64,000 nucleotides of DNA, taken from assembly GCA_965116885.1 (NCBI GenBank), contig OZ220741.1:2176001-2240000 (forward strand). Direction: 5' to 3'. Every line of letters starts with the position of its first letter. Position 1 is the stretch's first letter. A program made the translations under genes and the position numbers. Of this stretch, positions 8,811 to 18,720 are shown piece after piece. Under the pieces are notes generated by a model. It saw only the letters and a list, made by a program, of their open reading frames with translations. It did no database searches and was not told the origin of the DNA. The stretch is from Candidatus Latescibacterota bacterium. GTDB lineage: Bacteria > Latescibacterota > UBA2968.

Positions 8811-10070
8811 GTGTATGCTATCCGAGCCATGATCGGACTATGCCTCATGGGTATATCTATTTTACCTGTGCGGGCAGATGAACTGGAGTTGGATGCGTTG
8901 ATTCAGGAGGCTTTGGAAAATAATCCCAATTTGTCGGTTTTACGGGCGCGGTTGGCTGCTTTTGAAGCGAAAATTCCGCAGGCGGGGGCATTGGAAGATC
9001 CGTCTTTTCGTTTTGAGGTGAGCAATGTGCCGTTGAGCGATTTCAATTTGAGTAGTTCGCCGATGAGTGGGAATCAATTTGTGATCAGTCAGAAGTTTTC
9101 TTTGCCGGGGAAACAGCGGGCGCGCGAGCGATCAGCAGAGTTTGCTTCAGATTCTGTTGCATGGCTGTTGCGAGATCGAGAACTGGCAATTGCCAATGCG
9201 GTCAAGCAACCTTTTTTTGACCTGGCTTATGCGACCCGTGCTATTGCAATTATGGAAAAGAATCGGGTGTTGTTGCAAGATCTGGTTCGCATTGCCCGCA
9301 CGAAATACGCCGTTGGAAAAGGGTTGCAACAGGATGTGTTGAAAGCTCAGGTTTCGCTGTCGGCACTGGATACGGAGTTGATTGCTCTGCGGGCTAAAAA
9401 ACAATTGGCAGAGGCGCGTTTGAATCTGGTGTTGAACCGGTCTCCGCAAAGTCCTCTGGACGCGCCGCCAGATACTATTGGTCTTTCGGGTGTGCCGTTG
9501 ACGGTTGATGTCTTGCAAGCGCAAGCCGATGAGGCACATCCATCCCTGAAAGCTATGGATCAATCGATTTTGATGTGGCAAGCAGAGGTTGAGGTTGCGC
9601 GAAGAAATCTCTGGCCGGATATGACGGTGAGTTTGGGATATCGCCAGCGCGTGTTTGCGGCCAATGATCCGGTGAAAGGAAGCGATTTTATATCTGTTGG
9701 CGTCGGCATTCCATTGCCCGTATTTGGCGGACGCAAACAACGCCAGCAGATTGCAGAAGCGCGGGCCAATATGCGAGAGGTTGAAGCTCAAAAGGCCGCT
9801 GAACGCGAGCAGATTCACTACGAGATTCAGCGTCTAATTATTGAGGTCGGGCAACACCGGGAAAGTGCCGAGTTGTTTCGCACTGCGATGTTGCCCCAGG
9901 CAGAGCAGTCGCTGGCGTCGGCTTTGTCGGGATATCGGGTGGATAAGGTGGATTTTTTGACGTTGTTGAATAATCAGATGACGCTGTTGAATTTTGAGAT
10001 CGCACATTATCGACATGTAATTGAGCATGAAAAACGGGTGGCAGATCTGGCGGCGGCGGTGGGGCGTTAG
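8811..10070 (+). CDS. TolC-family outer membrane efflux protein (CusC/CzcC-like)
   Basis: Signal peptide, ALENNPNL, KYAVGKGLQQDVLKAQ, YRVDKVDFLTLL; first structural gene of the cus-type operon. Confidence 0.9.
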   Translation: MYAIRAMIGLCLMGISILPVRADELELDALIQEALENNPNLSVLRARLAAFEAKIPQAGALEDPSFRFEVSNVPLSDFNLSSSPMSGNQFVISQKFSLPGKQRARERSAEFASDSVAWLLRDRELAIANAVKQPFFDLAYATRAIAIMEKNRVLLQDLVRIARTKYAVGKGLQQDVLKAQVSLSALDTELIALRAKKQLAEARLNLVLNRSPQSPLDAPPDTIGLSGVPLTVDVLQAQADEAHPSLKAMDQSILMWQAEVEVARRNLWPDMTVSLGYRQRVFAANDPVKGSDFISVGVGIPLPVFGGRKQRQQIAEARANMREVEAQKAAEREQIHYEIQRLIIEVGQHRESAELFRTAMLPQAEQSLASALSGYRVDKVDFLTLLNNQMTLLNFEIAHYRHVIEHEKRVADLAAAVGR

Positions 10071-10237
10071 GGGCAGGTTTAAAACCTGCCTGATCGTCTA
10101 ACGTAGGGGCAGTGCCCCCGTGCCTGCCCGTTTAAAGTAGGGGCAGTGCCCCCGTGCCTGCCCGTTTAAAGTAGGGGCAGTGCCCCCGTGCCTGCCCGTT
10201 TAAAGTAGGGGCAGTGCCCCCATGCCTGCCCGTTTAA
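10066..10237 (+). repeat. GTAG-type REP cluster: one degenerate REP plus four tandem 34-bp copies
   Basis: GTAGGGGCAGTGCCCCCGTGCCTGCCCGTTTAAA starts at 10103, 10137, 10171 and 10205 with no spacers; GGCAGGTTTAAAACCTGCC hairpin just upstream. Confidence 0.9.
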
Positions 10238-10251
10238 CAAGGAGTTGAGAC

Positions 10252-11640
10252 ATGAAATATCTCATTCCAATTCTATCATTGATTGTGGGATTTGTTGGTG
10301 GGGTCTGGATTTCGGGAGATACGCATACAGAGCAGGTACAGGCGTTGGAAACATATATTTGTCCGATGCATCCGACGGTGGTATCGGATAAGCCGGGTAG
10401 TTGTCCCATTTGTGGTATGGATCTGGTAGTGAAAGAGGTGGATGGTGGGCACGGTCATAAGATGCAGGCGGATCACGAGACATATATTTGTCCGATGCAT
10501 CCGACGGTGGTGTCGGATAAGCCCGGGTCTTGTCCAATCTGTGGTATGGATCTGGTGGTGAAGGAGGCTGATGCGTCGTCAGTTCAGGATGGAAGCGTGC
10601 AGATTGATCCTGTGACGATTCAGAATATTGGTGTGAAGACGATGGTGGTGGAAAAGCAACCTTTGACGCGGACGGTGCGCGCGGTGGGCAGGGTGGATTA
10701 TGACGAGACGCGGATTATGGATGTGAATAGCAAGATTGCGGGGTGGGTTGAGCAGTTGTATGTGGATTATACCGGTCAGTGGGTGAAAAAGGGGCAGCCT
10801 TTGCTGGCGCTTTACAGCCCTGAACTGGTCACGGCGCAGGAGGAGTATTTGACGGCTCTGGATTATGCGGAGAGAATGCGCGGGGGGGTGGATCGAGATG
10901 TGGCGCAAAGTGCCGATGATTTGCTCGTTGCTGCGCGACAAAGGTTGTTGTACTGGGATATTTCGGCGGGTCAGATTGCGGAGTTGGAAAAGACGCGACA
11001 GGTTGGGCGAACAATGCCCATTCTGGCTCCTCGTTCGGGGATTGTGACGCATAAAGATGTGCTGGAAGGGGCGCATATCGGGTCGGGTCAACATCTGTAT
11101 CGCATTGCGGATCTGTCTGTGGTGTGGATTTATGCAGATGTGTACGAATACGAGATGCCGTGGGTTTCCAGAGGGCAGCGCGCAGAGGTGTCGCTGTCTT
11201 ATTTGCCGGGTGAGCAATTTGAAGGCAAAGTGGATTATATTTTTCCTTTTATGAATGAAAAGACGCGCACGGTTCAAGTGCGGATGGTTTTTGACAATGC
11301 AGATGGCGCGCTTAAACCGGATATGTATGCCGATGTGGTGATTCGTTCCGAGGTGGGGCGTGAGGGCGTTGTGATACCTGTTCAGGCGGTGATTCATTCG
11401 GGGACGCGCAGGGTTGTTGTGATGGCTCACGGAAACGGCAGGTTTGAACCGCGCGGGATTCATATCGGGGTGGAGACCGAGGATGGCTATGAGGTCATGC
11501 ACGGGCTAAATCCGGGGGAGCAGATTGTGACTTCGGCGCAATTTTTGATCGATTCAGAGAGCAATTTAAAGGCTGCACTGGCGGGGATGCTTGGAGATCC
11601 TGTGAAACATGGTGGACATAGTGGACATGGTGGACATTGA
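10252..11640 (+). CDS. cusB: CusB-like RND periplasmic adaptor with two heavy-metal-binding YICPMHP repeats
   Basis: Two copies of YICPMHPTVVSDKPGSCPICGMDLV; GWVEQLYVD, YSPELVTAQEEYL, LKPDMYA, AQFLIDSES; His/Gly tail. Confidence 0.88.
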   Translation: MKYLIPILSLIVGFVGGVWISGDTHTEQVQALETYICPMHPTVVSDKPGSCPICGMDLVVKEVDGGHGHKMQADHETYICPMHPTVVSDKPGSCPICGMDLVVKEADASSVQDGSVQIDPVTIQNIGVKTMVVEKQPLTRTVRAVGRVDYDETRIMDVNSKIAGWVEQLYVDYTGQWVKKGQPLLALYSPELVTAQEEYLTALDYAERMRGGVDRDVAQSADDLLVAARQRLLYWDISAGQIAELEKTRQVGRTMPILAPRSGIVTHKDVLEGAHIGSGQHLYRIADLSVVWIYADVYEYEMPWVSRGQRAEVSLSYLPGEQFEGKVDYIFPFMNEKTRTVQVRMVFDNADGALKPDMYADVVIRSEVGREGVVIPVQAVIHSGTRRVVVMAHGNGRFEPRGIHIGVETEDGYEVMHGLNPGEQIVTSAQFLIDSESNLKAALAGMLGDPVKHGGHSGHGGH

Positions 11641-11669
11641 GGCGCGCATTTTGAGGAGGTTGGAACGCG

Positions 11670-14600
11670 ATGCTAAATCGAATTATTGAAGCGAGTGTCG
11701 AGAATCGGTTCCTGGTGGTGATCGCTACTTTGATGGTGATTGGATGGGGGGTGTACGCGATGCTGAATACGCCACTGGATGCGATTCCCGATTTGTCGGA
11801 TGTGCAGGTGATCGTGTTTAGCGAATATCCGGGTCAGGCGCCGCAGGTGGTGGAGGATCAGGTGACGTATCCGCTGACGACTGCGATGCTGTCCGTGCCT
11901 TATGCAAAGACGGTGCGGGGATATTCGTTTTTTGGCATTTCTTATGTGTATGTGATTTTTGAGGATGGTACGGATATGTATTGGGCGCGCAGTCGGGTGT
12001 TGGAGTATCTCAATTCCGCGTCTGATAGATTGCCGCAGGGGGTGACGCCAAAGCTGGGGCCAGATGCGACGGGTGTGGGTTGGGTTTATCAATATACGGT
12101 GCTGGATACGACTGGAAGATACGATCTTTCGGAGTTGAGGTCGATTCAGGATTGGTATTTGCGATATGAGTTGAGCAGTGTGCAGGGCGTGTCAGAGGTG
12201 GCGTCTGTGGGTGGATTTGTGAAGCAGTACCAGGTGGTTGTAGATCCCAATCGCTTGCTGGCATACAATATTCCCTTGCAGAAGATTCGGATGGCGATTC
12301 AGCGCAGCAATAATGATGTGGGGGGGCGGCTGGTCGAACTGGCAGAGACGGAATTTATGGTGCGTGGGCTGGGGTATATCCAGTCTGTGGCGGATATAGA
12401 GCAGATTGCTCTGGGTGTGGATGAACACGGTACGCCGATTCGCGTAAAAGATGTTGCGACTGTGCAGGTGGGGCCAGAACTCAGAAGGGGATTGGCCGAG
12501 TGGAATGGCGAGGGGGAGGTGGTGGGGGGAATTGTGGTAATGCGGTATGGGGACAATGCGCTCAAAGTTATCGATCGGGTGAAAGAGAAGATGGAATCGC
12601 TCAAACCCGGTCTTCCCGAGGGCGTGGTGGTGGTCGCCAATTACGATCGCTCGGCGCTTATTCTGCGCGCGGTTGATCATTTGCAGAAGAAGCTGATTGA
12701 AGAGATCGCGATCGTGGCTGTGGTGTGTATTGTTTTTTTGCTCCATTTTCGCAGTGCTTTTGTGGCTGTTTTCACATTGCCGATGGGGATTTTAATTGCG
12801 TTTGCCGCGATGTATCACCAGGGTGTCAATTCGAATATTATGTCTCTTGGGGGTATTGCAATTGCTATTGGGGCGATGGTGGATGCCGCTATTGTGATGA
12901 TTGAAAATGCACACAAGCATATCGAACGCGATGGCGGGACAAAGTCGCATAGTGAGATGATTATCGCCGCTTCGAAAGAGGTGGGGCCTGCGCTGTTTTT
13001 TTCGCTGTTGATTATTACGCTGTCGTTTTTGCCGGTTTTTACACTGGAGGCGCAGGAGGGGCGGTTGTTTAAGCCGCTCGCATATACCAAAACTTATGCT
13101 ATGGCGGCGGCGGCATTTTTGGCGATTACGGTTGTGCCGGTGCTGATGACTTTTTTTGTGCGCGGCAAAATTCGATCTGAGGCGAAGAATCCCATCAGTC
13201 GTGTGTTGATCTATCTGTACCGGCCCGTGATTGATTGGGTGTTGCGACATCGGGTGCTGACTGTGGTGTTGGGCGGGTTGGTGTTGTTTGTGACGGTGTT
13301 TCCTTTTCGGGATATTGTGGTGTCGCGTTTTTCGGATCGGCCGCAGAGTTTGACTTATAAGGCATTGGTGAAGTTGGACGCGCTGTTTCCTATGGAAAAA
13401 ATTGGATCGGAATTTATGCCGCCTCTGTACGAGGGCGATCTGTTGTATATGCCCACGACATTGCCAGGGATATCGATTACGAAGGCGCGGGCGTTGTTGC
13501 AACAGACCGATAAAATTATTCGCACTTTTCCCGAGGTTGAACACGTATTTGGCAAAATTGGTCGGGCGGAGACGGCGACAGACCCGGCGCCGCTGTCGAT
13601 GATTGAGACGACGATTATGCTCAAGCCCGAGTCCGAGTGGCGAGAAGGGATGACGCCTCAGAAATTAATTCGGGAATTGAATCAGGCGGTGAAATTTCCG
13701 GGATTGACCAATGCGTGGACTATGCCGATTAAGACGCGCATCGATATGCTTTCAACGGGTATTAAGACGCCTGTGGGTATCAAGGTGGTGGGGGATGATC
13801 TGGAGACATTGCAGATGTTGGGCGAGAAGATCGAGACGGTGGTGCGCGATTTGCCGGGTACGCTGAGTGTGTTTGCCGAGCGGGCTGCGGGTGGCAATTA
13901 TCTGGATTTTGAGATCGATAGGCAGGCTGCTGCGCGTTATGGGCTGACGGTTGGGGATGTGCAGGATGTTATTATGTCGGCGTTGGGCGGGATGAATATT
14001 ACGCATACTGTAGAGGGTTTGGAGCGCTATCCGGTGAATTTGCGTTATGGCCGAGAGTTGCGCGACAATTTGCCCGCGCTTCGGCGCGTGCTGGTGCCCA
14101 CGCCGATGGGGGCGCAGATTCCCATTGGACAGTTAGCAGATCTTCACATTCGGAAGGGTCCACCGGGTATTAAGAGCGAGAATGCGCGGTTAAATGCGTG
14201 GGTCTATGTCGATATTGAAGGCGTGGATGTGGGGACTTATGTCGCGCGGGCGCAACAGGCGGTGTTGGAGCAGGTGCAGATGCCACCTGGATACACCGCG
14301 ATCTGGAGCGGTCAGTATGAATATATGTTGCGGGCAGAGAGAAAGTTGAAGGTTGTGGTGCCCGTGACGCTGGCGATCATTTTTGTGCTGTTGTATCTGA
14401 ATTTTAGAAATGTGACTGAGACCGCGATTGTGATGCTTTCACTGCCTTTTGCTCTGGTCGGTGGGATATGGTTGATGTATATTTTGGATTACGATATGAG
14501 CATTGCCGTGGGGGTTGGGTTTATCGCGCTGGCGGGATTGGCTGCCGAGACAGGGGTGGTGATGCTGATTTATCTGGATCAGGCTTATGATAGTATTAGA

Positions 14601-14894
14601 CGCGAAAAAGGCGATGTTTTGACGCTGGCGGACTTAAACCAGGCGGTGATGTCCGGTGCTGTGGAGCGGGTGCGTCCCAAGTTGATGACGGTGTTTTCAA
14701 CGATGATGGGTCTGTTGCCGATTATGTGGTCAACGGGTACGGGGTCCGAGGCGATGAAGCGCATTGCTGCGCCTATGGTGGGAGGGATGGTGTCATCGAC
14801 GATTTTGACGCTGCTGGTGATTCCGGCGATTTATGCGTTGTGGAAAGAGAGAAGGGTATCCGCAGATGACGCAGAAAAAACGCGAGTAATTTGA
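11670..14894 (+). CDS. cusA: CusA/SilA-type Cu(I)/Ag(I) RND efflux pump
   Basis: PLDAIPDLSDVQV, GPDATGVGWVYQY, GSEFMPPLYEGDLLYMP, DPAPLSMIET, NAWTMPIKTRIDMLSTG. Confidence 0.93.
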   Translation: MLNRIIEASVENRFLVVIATLMVIGWGVYAMLNTPLDAIPDLSDVQVIVFSEYPGQAPQVVEDQVTYPLTTAMLSVPYAKTVRGYSFFGISYVYVIFEDGTDMYWARSRVLEYLNSASDRLPQGVTPKLGPDATGVGWVYQYTVLDTTGRYDLSELRSIQDWYLRYELSSVQGVSEVASVGGFVKQYQVVVDPNRLLAYNIPLQKIRMAIQRSNNDVGGRLVELAETEFMVRGLGYIQSVADIEQIALGVDEHGTPIRVKDVATVQVGPELRRGLAEWNGEGEVVGGIVVMRYGDNALKVIDRVKEKMESLKPGLPEGVVVVANYDRSALILRAVDHLQKKLIEEIAIVAVVCIVFLLHFRSAFVAVFTLPMGILIAFAAMYHQGVNSNIMSLGGIAIAIGAMVDAAIVMIENAHKHIERDGGTKSHSEMIIAASKEVGPALFFSLLIITLSFLPVFTLEAQEGRLFKPLAYTKTYAMAAAAFLAITVVPVLMTFFVRGKIRSEAKNPISRVLIYLYRPVIDWVLRHRVLTVVLGGLVLFVTVFPFRDIVVSRFSDRPQSLTYKALVKLDALFPMEKIGSEFMPPLYEGDLLYMPTTLPGISITKARALLQQTDKIIRTFPEVEHVFGKIGRAETATDPAPLSMIETTIMLKPESEWREGMTPQKLIRELNQAVKFPGLTNAWTMPIKTRIDMLSTGIKTPVGIKVVGDDLETLQMLGEKIETVVRDLPGTLSVFAERAAGGNYLDFEIDRQAAARYGLTVGDVQDVIMSALGGMNITHTVEGLERYPVNLRYGRELRDNLPALRRVLVPTPMGAQIPIGQLADLHIRKGPPGIKSENARLNAWVYVDIEGVDVGTYVARAQQAVLEQVQMPPGYTAIWSGQYEYMLRAERKLKVVVPVTLAIIFVLLYLNFRNVTETAIVMLSLPFALVGGIWLMYILDYDMSIAVGVGFIALAGLAAETGVVMLIYLDQAYDSIRREKGDVLTLADLNQAVMSGAVERVRPKLMTVFSTMMGLLPIMWSTGTGSEAMKRIAAPMVGGMVSSTILTLLVIPAIYALWKERRVSADDAEKTRVI

Positions 14895-14946
14895 GCGTTT
14901 TACGCAGATGAAAGGCGAAATGTAGGGGTGGGTTTTTAACCCACCC
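14857..14946 (+). repeat. CGCAGAT short-repeat element plus a GTAG REP-like hairpin
   Basis: TATCCGCAGATGACGCAGA...ACGCAGATG; GTAGGGGTGGGTTTTTAACCCACCC. Confidence 0.6.
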
Positions 14947-14987
14947 GATGTAAACCCCAGAATCATTCACTTTTCAGGAGGTGTGTT

Positions 14988-15341
14988 ATGAAGTCTCGTA
15001 TTTTTGCATTATTGGTCATTGGCGCGACAGCTATAGGCATGGCTGGCTGGATCGGCTGTTCGTCAAAGTCGGAGGCGACGACTGTCGAGGTGAAGTTGTC
15101 AACGATGCAGTGCGCTATGTGCTCGAATACCATAGAGGAAGCACTGAAAGAGGTTGATGGCGTTCAGAGCGTGGAAGTCAATCTGGAGGCGAAAACGGCG
15201 AAGGTGACGTTTGATGCTAAGGCGACCAGTGTTCCCGCTTTGGAGCAGGCTGTTGTCAAGACGGGTTATGCGGCTAATGACAAAAAGGCCGACGCCGATG
15301 CGTATGCAAAGTTGCCCAGTTGCTGCCAGGTTCCTGAGTAA
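14988..15341 (+). CDS. Heavy-metal-associated (HMA, CopZ/MerP-like) lipoprotein
   Basis: Lipobox WIGC, MQCAMC motif, C-terminal AYAKLPSCC. Confidence 0.9.
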   Translation: MKSRIFALLVIGATAIGMAGWIGCSSKSEATTVEVKLSTMQCAMCSNTIEEALKEVDGVQSVEVNLEAKTAKVTFDAKATSVPALEQAVVKTGYAANDKKADADAYAKLPSCCQVPE

Positions 15342-15355
15342 TAATTGTTGGATCA

Positions 15356-15392
15356 AAGCTCCGGATGTTTTGATGCATTCGGGGCTTTTTTT
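15356..15392. terminator. Terminator between convergent genes, probably bidirectional
   Basis: AAGCTCCGGATG/CATTCGGGGCTT followed by a T tract. Confidence 0.75.
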
Positions 15393-16530
15393 ATAACTGT
15401 GCAACACCCAGCCCCAGCAATGCCAGAGTGATAGCCGATAAGACGCCCAATATTACCGGTTTTATACCGCCTGCTTTCATTGCAGCAAATGCCGTAGATA
15501 ATCCCACCCCGGCCATCGCGCAGATAATAATCCACTTGCCGCTCTGGCTCAATAGGCCAGCGAGATCTATATGCCGGTCTCCTGCACCAAACACAAATTG
15601 TTCGGATAAATGTAATGTCACTTCTGGCAAAAAGCCCAGGGTTCGCAGCAGTGCCATTGCCAGAAACAATACGACAAAACCCGGGACCAGCCTGGAATAA
15701 CGCACTGGTTCATCGATATAAATCGCGTGTCGCTGCGTATAAGCAAACCACGCTCCCAGCACAAATACGACAGGTCCCAAAAGTGAAATGCGCACCAGTT
15801 TGACAATGGTCGCCATTTCCCCCGCTGTCTGCCCATCTCCTGCATGCGCGAATCCCGCGGCAATGACCTGTGGTGTTGCGTGAATGCCCAATCCACACCA
15901 GATGCCATATACTTCTGCATCCAGCATTGCCAGAGATCCAACCACGGGAAATATCAGCATCGCCACTACGCCCAGCAGATTGATCACTCCGACCGAATAC
16001 GTTATGTCTTCGTTGTTGGCTTTGATCAGGGGCGCAAGGGCTACAATGGCAGAACTTCCGCAAACTCCTGTGCCCACACCAATCAATAGTCCCATTTTTT
16101 TTTCGATGTTAAACCAGCGCGATATTAGATGGGTGAATGCAACAATTACCGCAATCAACACGGCCGCACCGATCAGGACCTGCACTGCGACGCGAATCAA
16201 ATCGTAAAAATCCAGTCGTGCACCCAGGAGCACAATTCCAACGGGTAGCCACTTTTGCACCACTGTATCTATGCCGGGCTTCAGTTTTGCCGTTGACGGC
16301 ATCACATTGCACAATAGCATGCCCAATAACAATGCCAGTAATACTGCGCTCAGGGGATGTTGGCCCGAGGACAGTGTAAATGGCGGAAAGGGCAATGTGT
16401 TTAAATATATTGCTGCCCACGACAAGATTACACATACCCCAATGCCTGGCCAGGGACTTTCTTTGGGCCAGATAGAGAGTTTTTTGCGAAATTGCGCTTC
16501 AAATGATCGCTCTTTCCCGCTCAGGTTCAT
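15391..16530 (-). CDS. YeiH/UPF0324 putative sulfate exporter family membrane protein
   Basis: GIVLLGARL, GTGVCGSSAIVA, GIHATPQV, ATIVKLVR, AMAGVGL; downstream of cysK. Confidence 0.88.
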   Translation of the reverse strand: MNLSGKERSFEAQFRKKLSIWPKESPWPGIGVCVILSWAAIYLNTLPFPPFTLSSGQHPLSAVLLALLLGMLLCNVMPSTAKLKPGIDTVVQKWLPVGIVLLGARLDFYDLIRVAVQVLIGAAVLIAVIVAFTHLISRWFNIEKKMGLLIGVGTGVCGSSAIVALAPLIKANNEDITYSVGVINLLGVVAMLIFPVVGSLAMLDAEVYGIWCGLGIHATPQVIAAGFAHAGDGQTAGEMATIVKLVRISLLGPVVFVLGAWFAYTQRHAIYIDEPVRYSRLVPGFVVLFLAMALLRTLGFLPEVTLHLSEQFVFGAGDRHIDLAGLLSQSGKWIIICAMAGVGLSTAFAAMKAGGIKPVILGVLSAITLALLGLGVAQL

Positions 16531-16542
16531 ACCTTCATTTCC

Positions 16543-17502
16543 CTATAGAAGCGCGTTTACATTTTGCACTTCGTCGCGCCGAAAATATTCTTCAATACTG
16601 AAGTATCGGGTTCCCGTATCACACAGTACTGTCACGACTACGTCATCGCTCGAAAGTCTCTGGGCCACGCGCCGGGCTGCCAGTACATTTGCCCCCGAAG
16701 AAATTCCGACCAATAGTGCCTCTTCTCGCGCCAGAGTTTCCGTCATGTCAAATGCCTCGCGGTCCTCTATTGTGATTACTTCATCCAGTATATTGCAATT
16801 TAAGATCGATGGAATAAATCCCGCTCCAATTCCCTCGATCGCGTGCGGCCCCCGGCTTTTACCACTCAATACAGCCGAACCCGCAGGCTCAACAGCTACT
16901 ACTTTTGCACCTGGTACTTCTGCTTTGAGGACCTCACCCACACCCGTTATTGTCCCACCTGTCCCTACTCCCGACACAAAAGCCGTTATCTTTCCTCCTG
17001 TTTCTTTTACAATTTCTGGCCCTGTGGTCTGTCGATGCGCTTCTGGATTGGCCGGATTGTCGAACTGCTTTAACTCAATGCAATTTGCATTCTTTTTTGC
17101 GATCTCCTGCGCCCGCTGTTTTGCGCCGTCCATATCGCCCGAGCCGGGTGTGATGACCACTTCGGCTCCGTATCTGGTCACCAGTGCCCGCCGTTCAAAA
17201 CTCATTGTTTCAGGCATTGTCAATACCAGCCGATATTTGAGTTTGGCACATAACATCGCCAGGCCGATCCCGGTATTTCCACTGGTCGCCTCTACAATGG
17301 TCATGCCGGGTTTGAGTGTTTTGGTTTTCTCTGCATCTCGAATCATACTTAGCGCGATGCGGTCTTTTACGCTGCCACCCGGATTGAGATATTCCATCTT
17401 GGCCAGAATGGTAGCGCCCCCCGCTGGCGATAAATTCTCTAACCGAATCATCGGCGTTCCACCAATGATATCGGAAACGCGACCTACAATTGTATCTGGC
17501 AT
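16543..17502 (-). CDS. cysK: Cysteine synthase A
   Basis: NPGGSVKDR PLP lysine, EATSGNTGIGLA, GVGTGGT, GISSGAN. Confidence 0.95.
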   Translation of the reverse strand: MPDTIVGRVSDIIGGTPMIRLENLSPAGGATILAKMEYLNPGGSVKDRIALSMIRDAEKTKTLKPGMTIVEATSGNTGIGLAMLCAKLKYRLVLTMPETMSFERRALVTRYGAEVVITPGSGDMDGAKQRAQEIAKKNANCIELKQFDNPANPEAHRQTTGPEIVKETGGKITAFVSGVGTGGTITGVGEVLKAEVPGAKVVAVEPAGSAVLSGKSRGPHAIEGIGAGFIPSILNCNILDEVITIEDREAFDMTETLAREEALLVGISSGANVLAARRVAQRLSSDDVVVTVLCDTGTRYFSIEEYFRRDEVQNVNALL

Positions 17503-17742
17503 AGTATTCTCCCTTGAAGTACATCCGACGCGAAGGGGTGAGAAATACGAGGTGTGCGCCGGTGTGACAATATAATTCTCAATGGTAAAAAATAAACAGG
17601 TTTATGGGTATTGAGATTTAGAGGTTGGGAGGTTTTTTGAATCAGTTGTGTCTTGAATTATTCACAGGTGATGAGTATATTCGGTTCGGAATATTCTTCA
17701 GTCTGGCGAGATACCTGGATATGCAGGTTAAAGGAGGGATTT

Positions 17743-18651
17743 ATGGCTCTTGCGATGACAGAGCAGCAAGAGAGAGATTTTGATGAGAAGGGATTTGTTA
17801 TTCTTGAGGATTTTTTTACTCAGGATGAGGTCAATCGGCTTTTGCTGGCTATTGATGAGGTGGCAGAGCGGATTCGAGAGGCCGAGGGCCTGGGGCCTGA
17901 TGATCCTTTTGCCGTGCGCAATGCCCTGTCGCAGCACGAGGCGTTTCTCGATTTGGTCGATCATCCGCGCATGTTGCCTCTGGTGGTGGATGCAATTGGC
18001 TGGAATATTCAGATTCGTACCACGCATCTGGATTATCGACCGCCGTATCCCGAGGGTTTGAAAGCAGGCGATGTTGGCGTTGGCAAGGGCGAAGATCAGG
18101 AGGTTGGGTACCGCAATGTGGCTTGGCATCCCGATTTGGCGAGCGATATGCTATTCTTGGGGCCTTCGCTCGATGGACGTCTCCCGTTTATGGAGATTAA
18201 GGTTTTTTACGTGCTTTACGATATGACTGAATCCAATTGTGGCAATCTGTGGTTGGTGCCGGGTAGTCACAAGCGCAAGCCCGAAGAGTTGCGGGAAATG
18301 GGGCGCGAGGTCAATCCAGAAGAGGCGGTTGAGCTCAAGTTGCGGGCTGGTTCTGCGGTGTTGTGGCGAACCGCGGTGTGGCACTGTGTGGGTCCCAATT
18401 TGTCGAGAAAAACGCGGAAGATTATGCATGTGGGGTATAATTACCGATGGCTTCGTCCGACCGATTATATCGAGCAGGATGCCGATCTTATTGAACGAAG
18501 TTCGCCAATTCGGCGTCAGTTGTTGGGCGCGCTGGCTTCGGGAAAAGATCCGCTGGGACCAGAACCCGATTTTCACCCTTCGTCACAATACTGGCTGACT
18601 AAGAATTGGGATGATGTTCCGTTGCGAGCGTGGTCACAGGCGCGAGCTTAA
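17743..18651 (+). CDS. Phytanoyl-CoA dioxygenase (PhyH) family Fe(II)/2OG dioxygenase
   Basis: FDEKGFVIL, WHPD, LVPGSH, VWH motifs. Start reset to the ATG after AAGGAGG. Confidence 0.88.
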   Translation: MALAMTEQQERDFDEKGFVILEDFFTQDEVNRLLLAIDEVAERIREAEGLGPDDPFAVRNALSQHEAFLDLVDHPRMLPLVVDAIGWNIQIRTTHLDYRPPYPEGLKAGDVGVGKGEDQEVGYRNVAWHPDLASDMLFLGPSLDGRLPFMEIKVFYVLYDMTESNCGNLWLVPGSHKRKPEELREMGREVNPEEAVELKLRAGSAVLWRTAVWHCVGPNLSRKTRKIMHVGYNYRWLRPTDYIEQDADLIERSSPIRRQLLGALASGKDPLGPEPDFHPSSQYWLTKNWDDVPLRAWSQARA

Positions 18652-18664
18652 ATGTTAAAAAATA

Positions 18665-18692
18665 AAACCCCAGGAGTGTGTTTCTGGGGTTT
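18665..18692. terminator. Terminator between convergent genes
   Basis: AAACCCCAGGA/TTCTGGGGTTT hairpin. Confidence 0.7.
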
Positions 18693-18720
18693 GTGGTGTG
18701 TCGGGTGCTATTTTTGATTA

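Noticed and set aside
10103..10237. 34-bp repeats as a CRISPR array
   Set aside because: Units are contiguous with no unique spacers and there are no cas genes; the GTAG hairpin form fits REP elements.
16271..17575. 434-aa + strand ORF and similar long antisense ORFs (1444-2328, 10579-11502, 42198-43064)
   Set aside because: Shadow frames of well-supported genes on the opposite strand, with no recognisable motifs.
17680..17742. Possible riboswitch upstream of the PhyH gene (CTGGCGA..CCTG/CAGG)
   Set aside because: Only a short stem; lacks the rest of the ZTP, glycine or FMN consensus.
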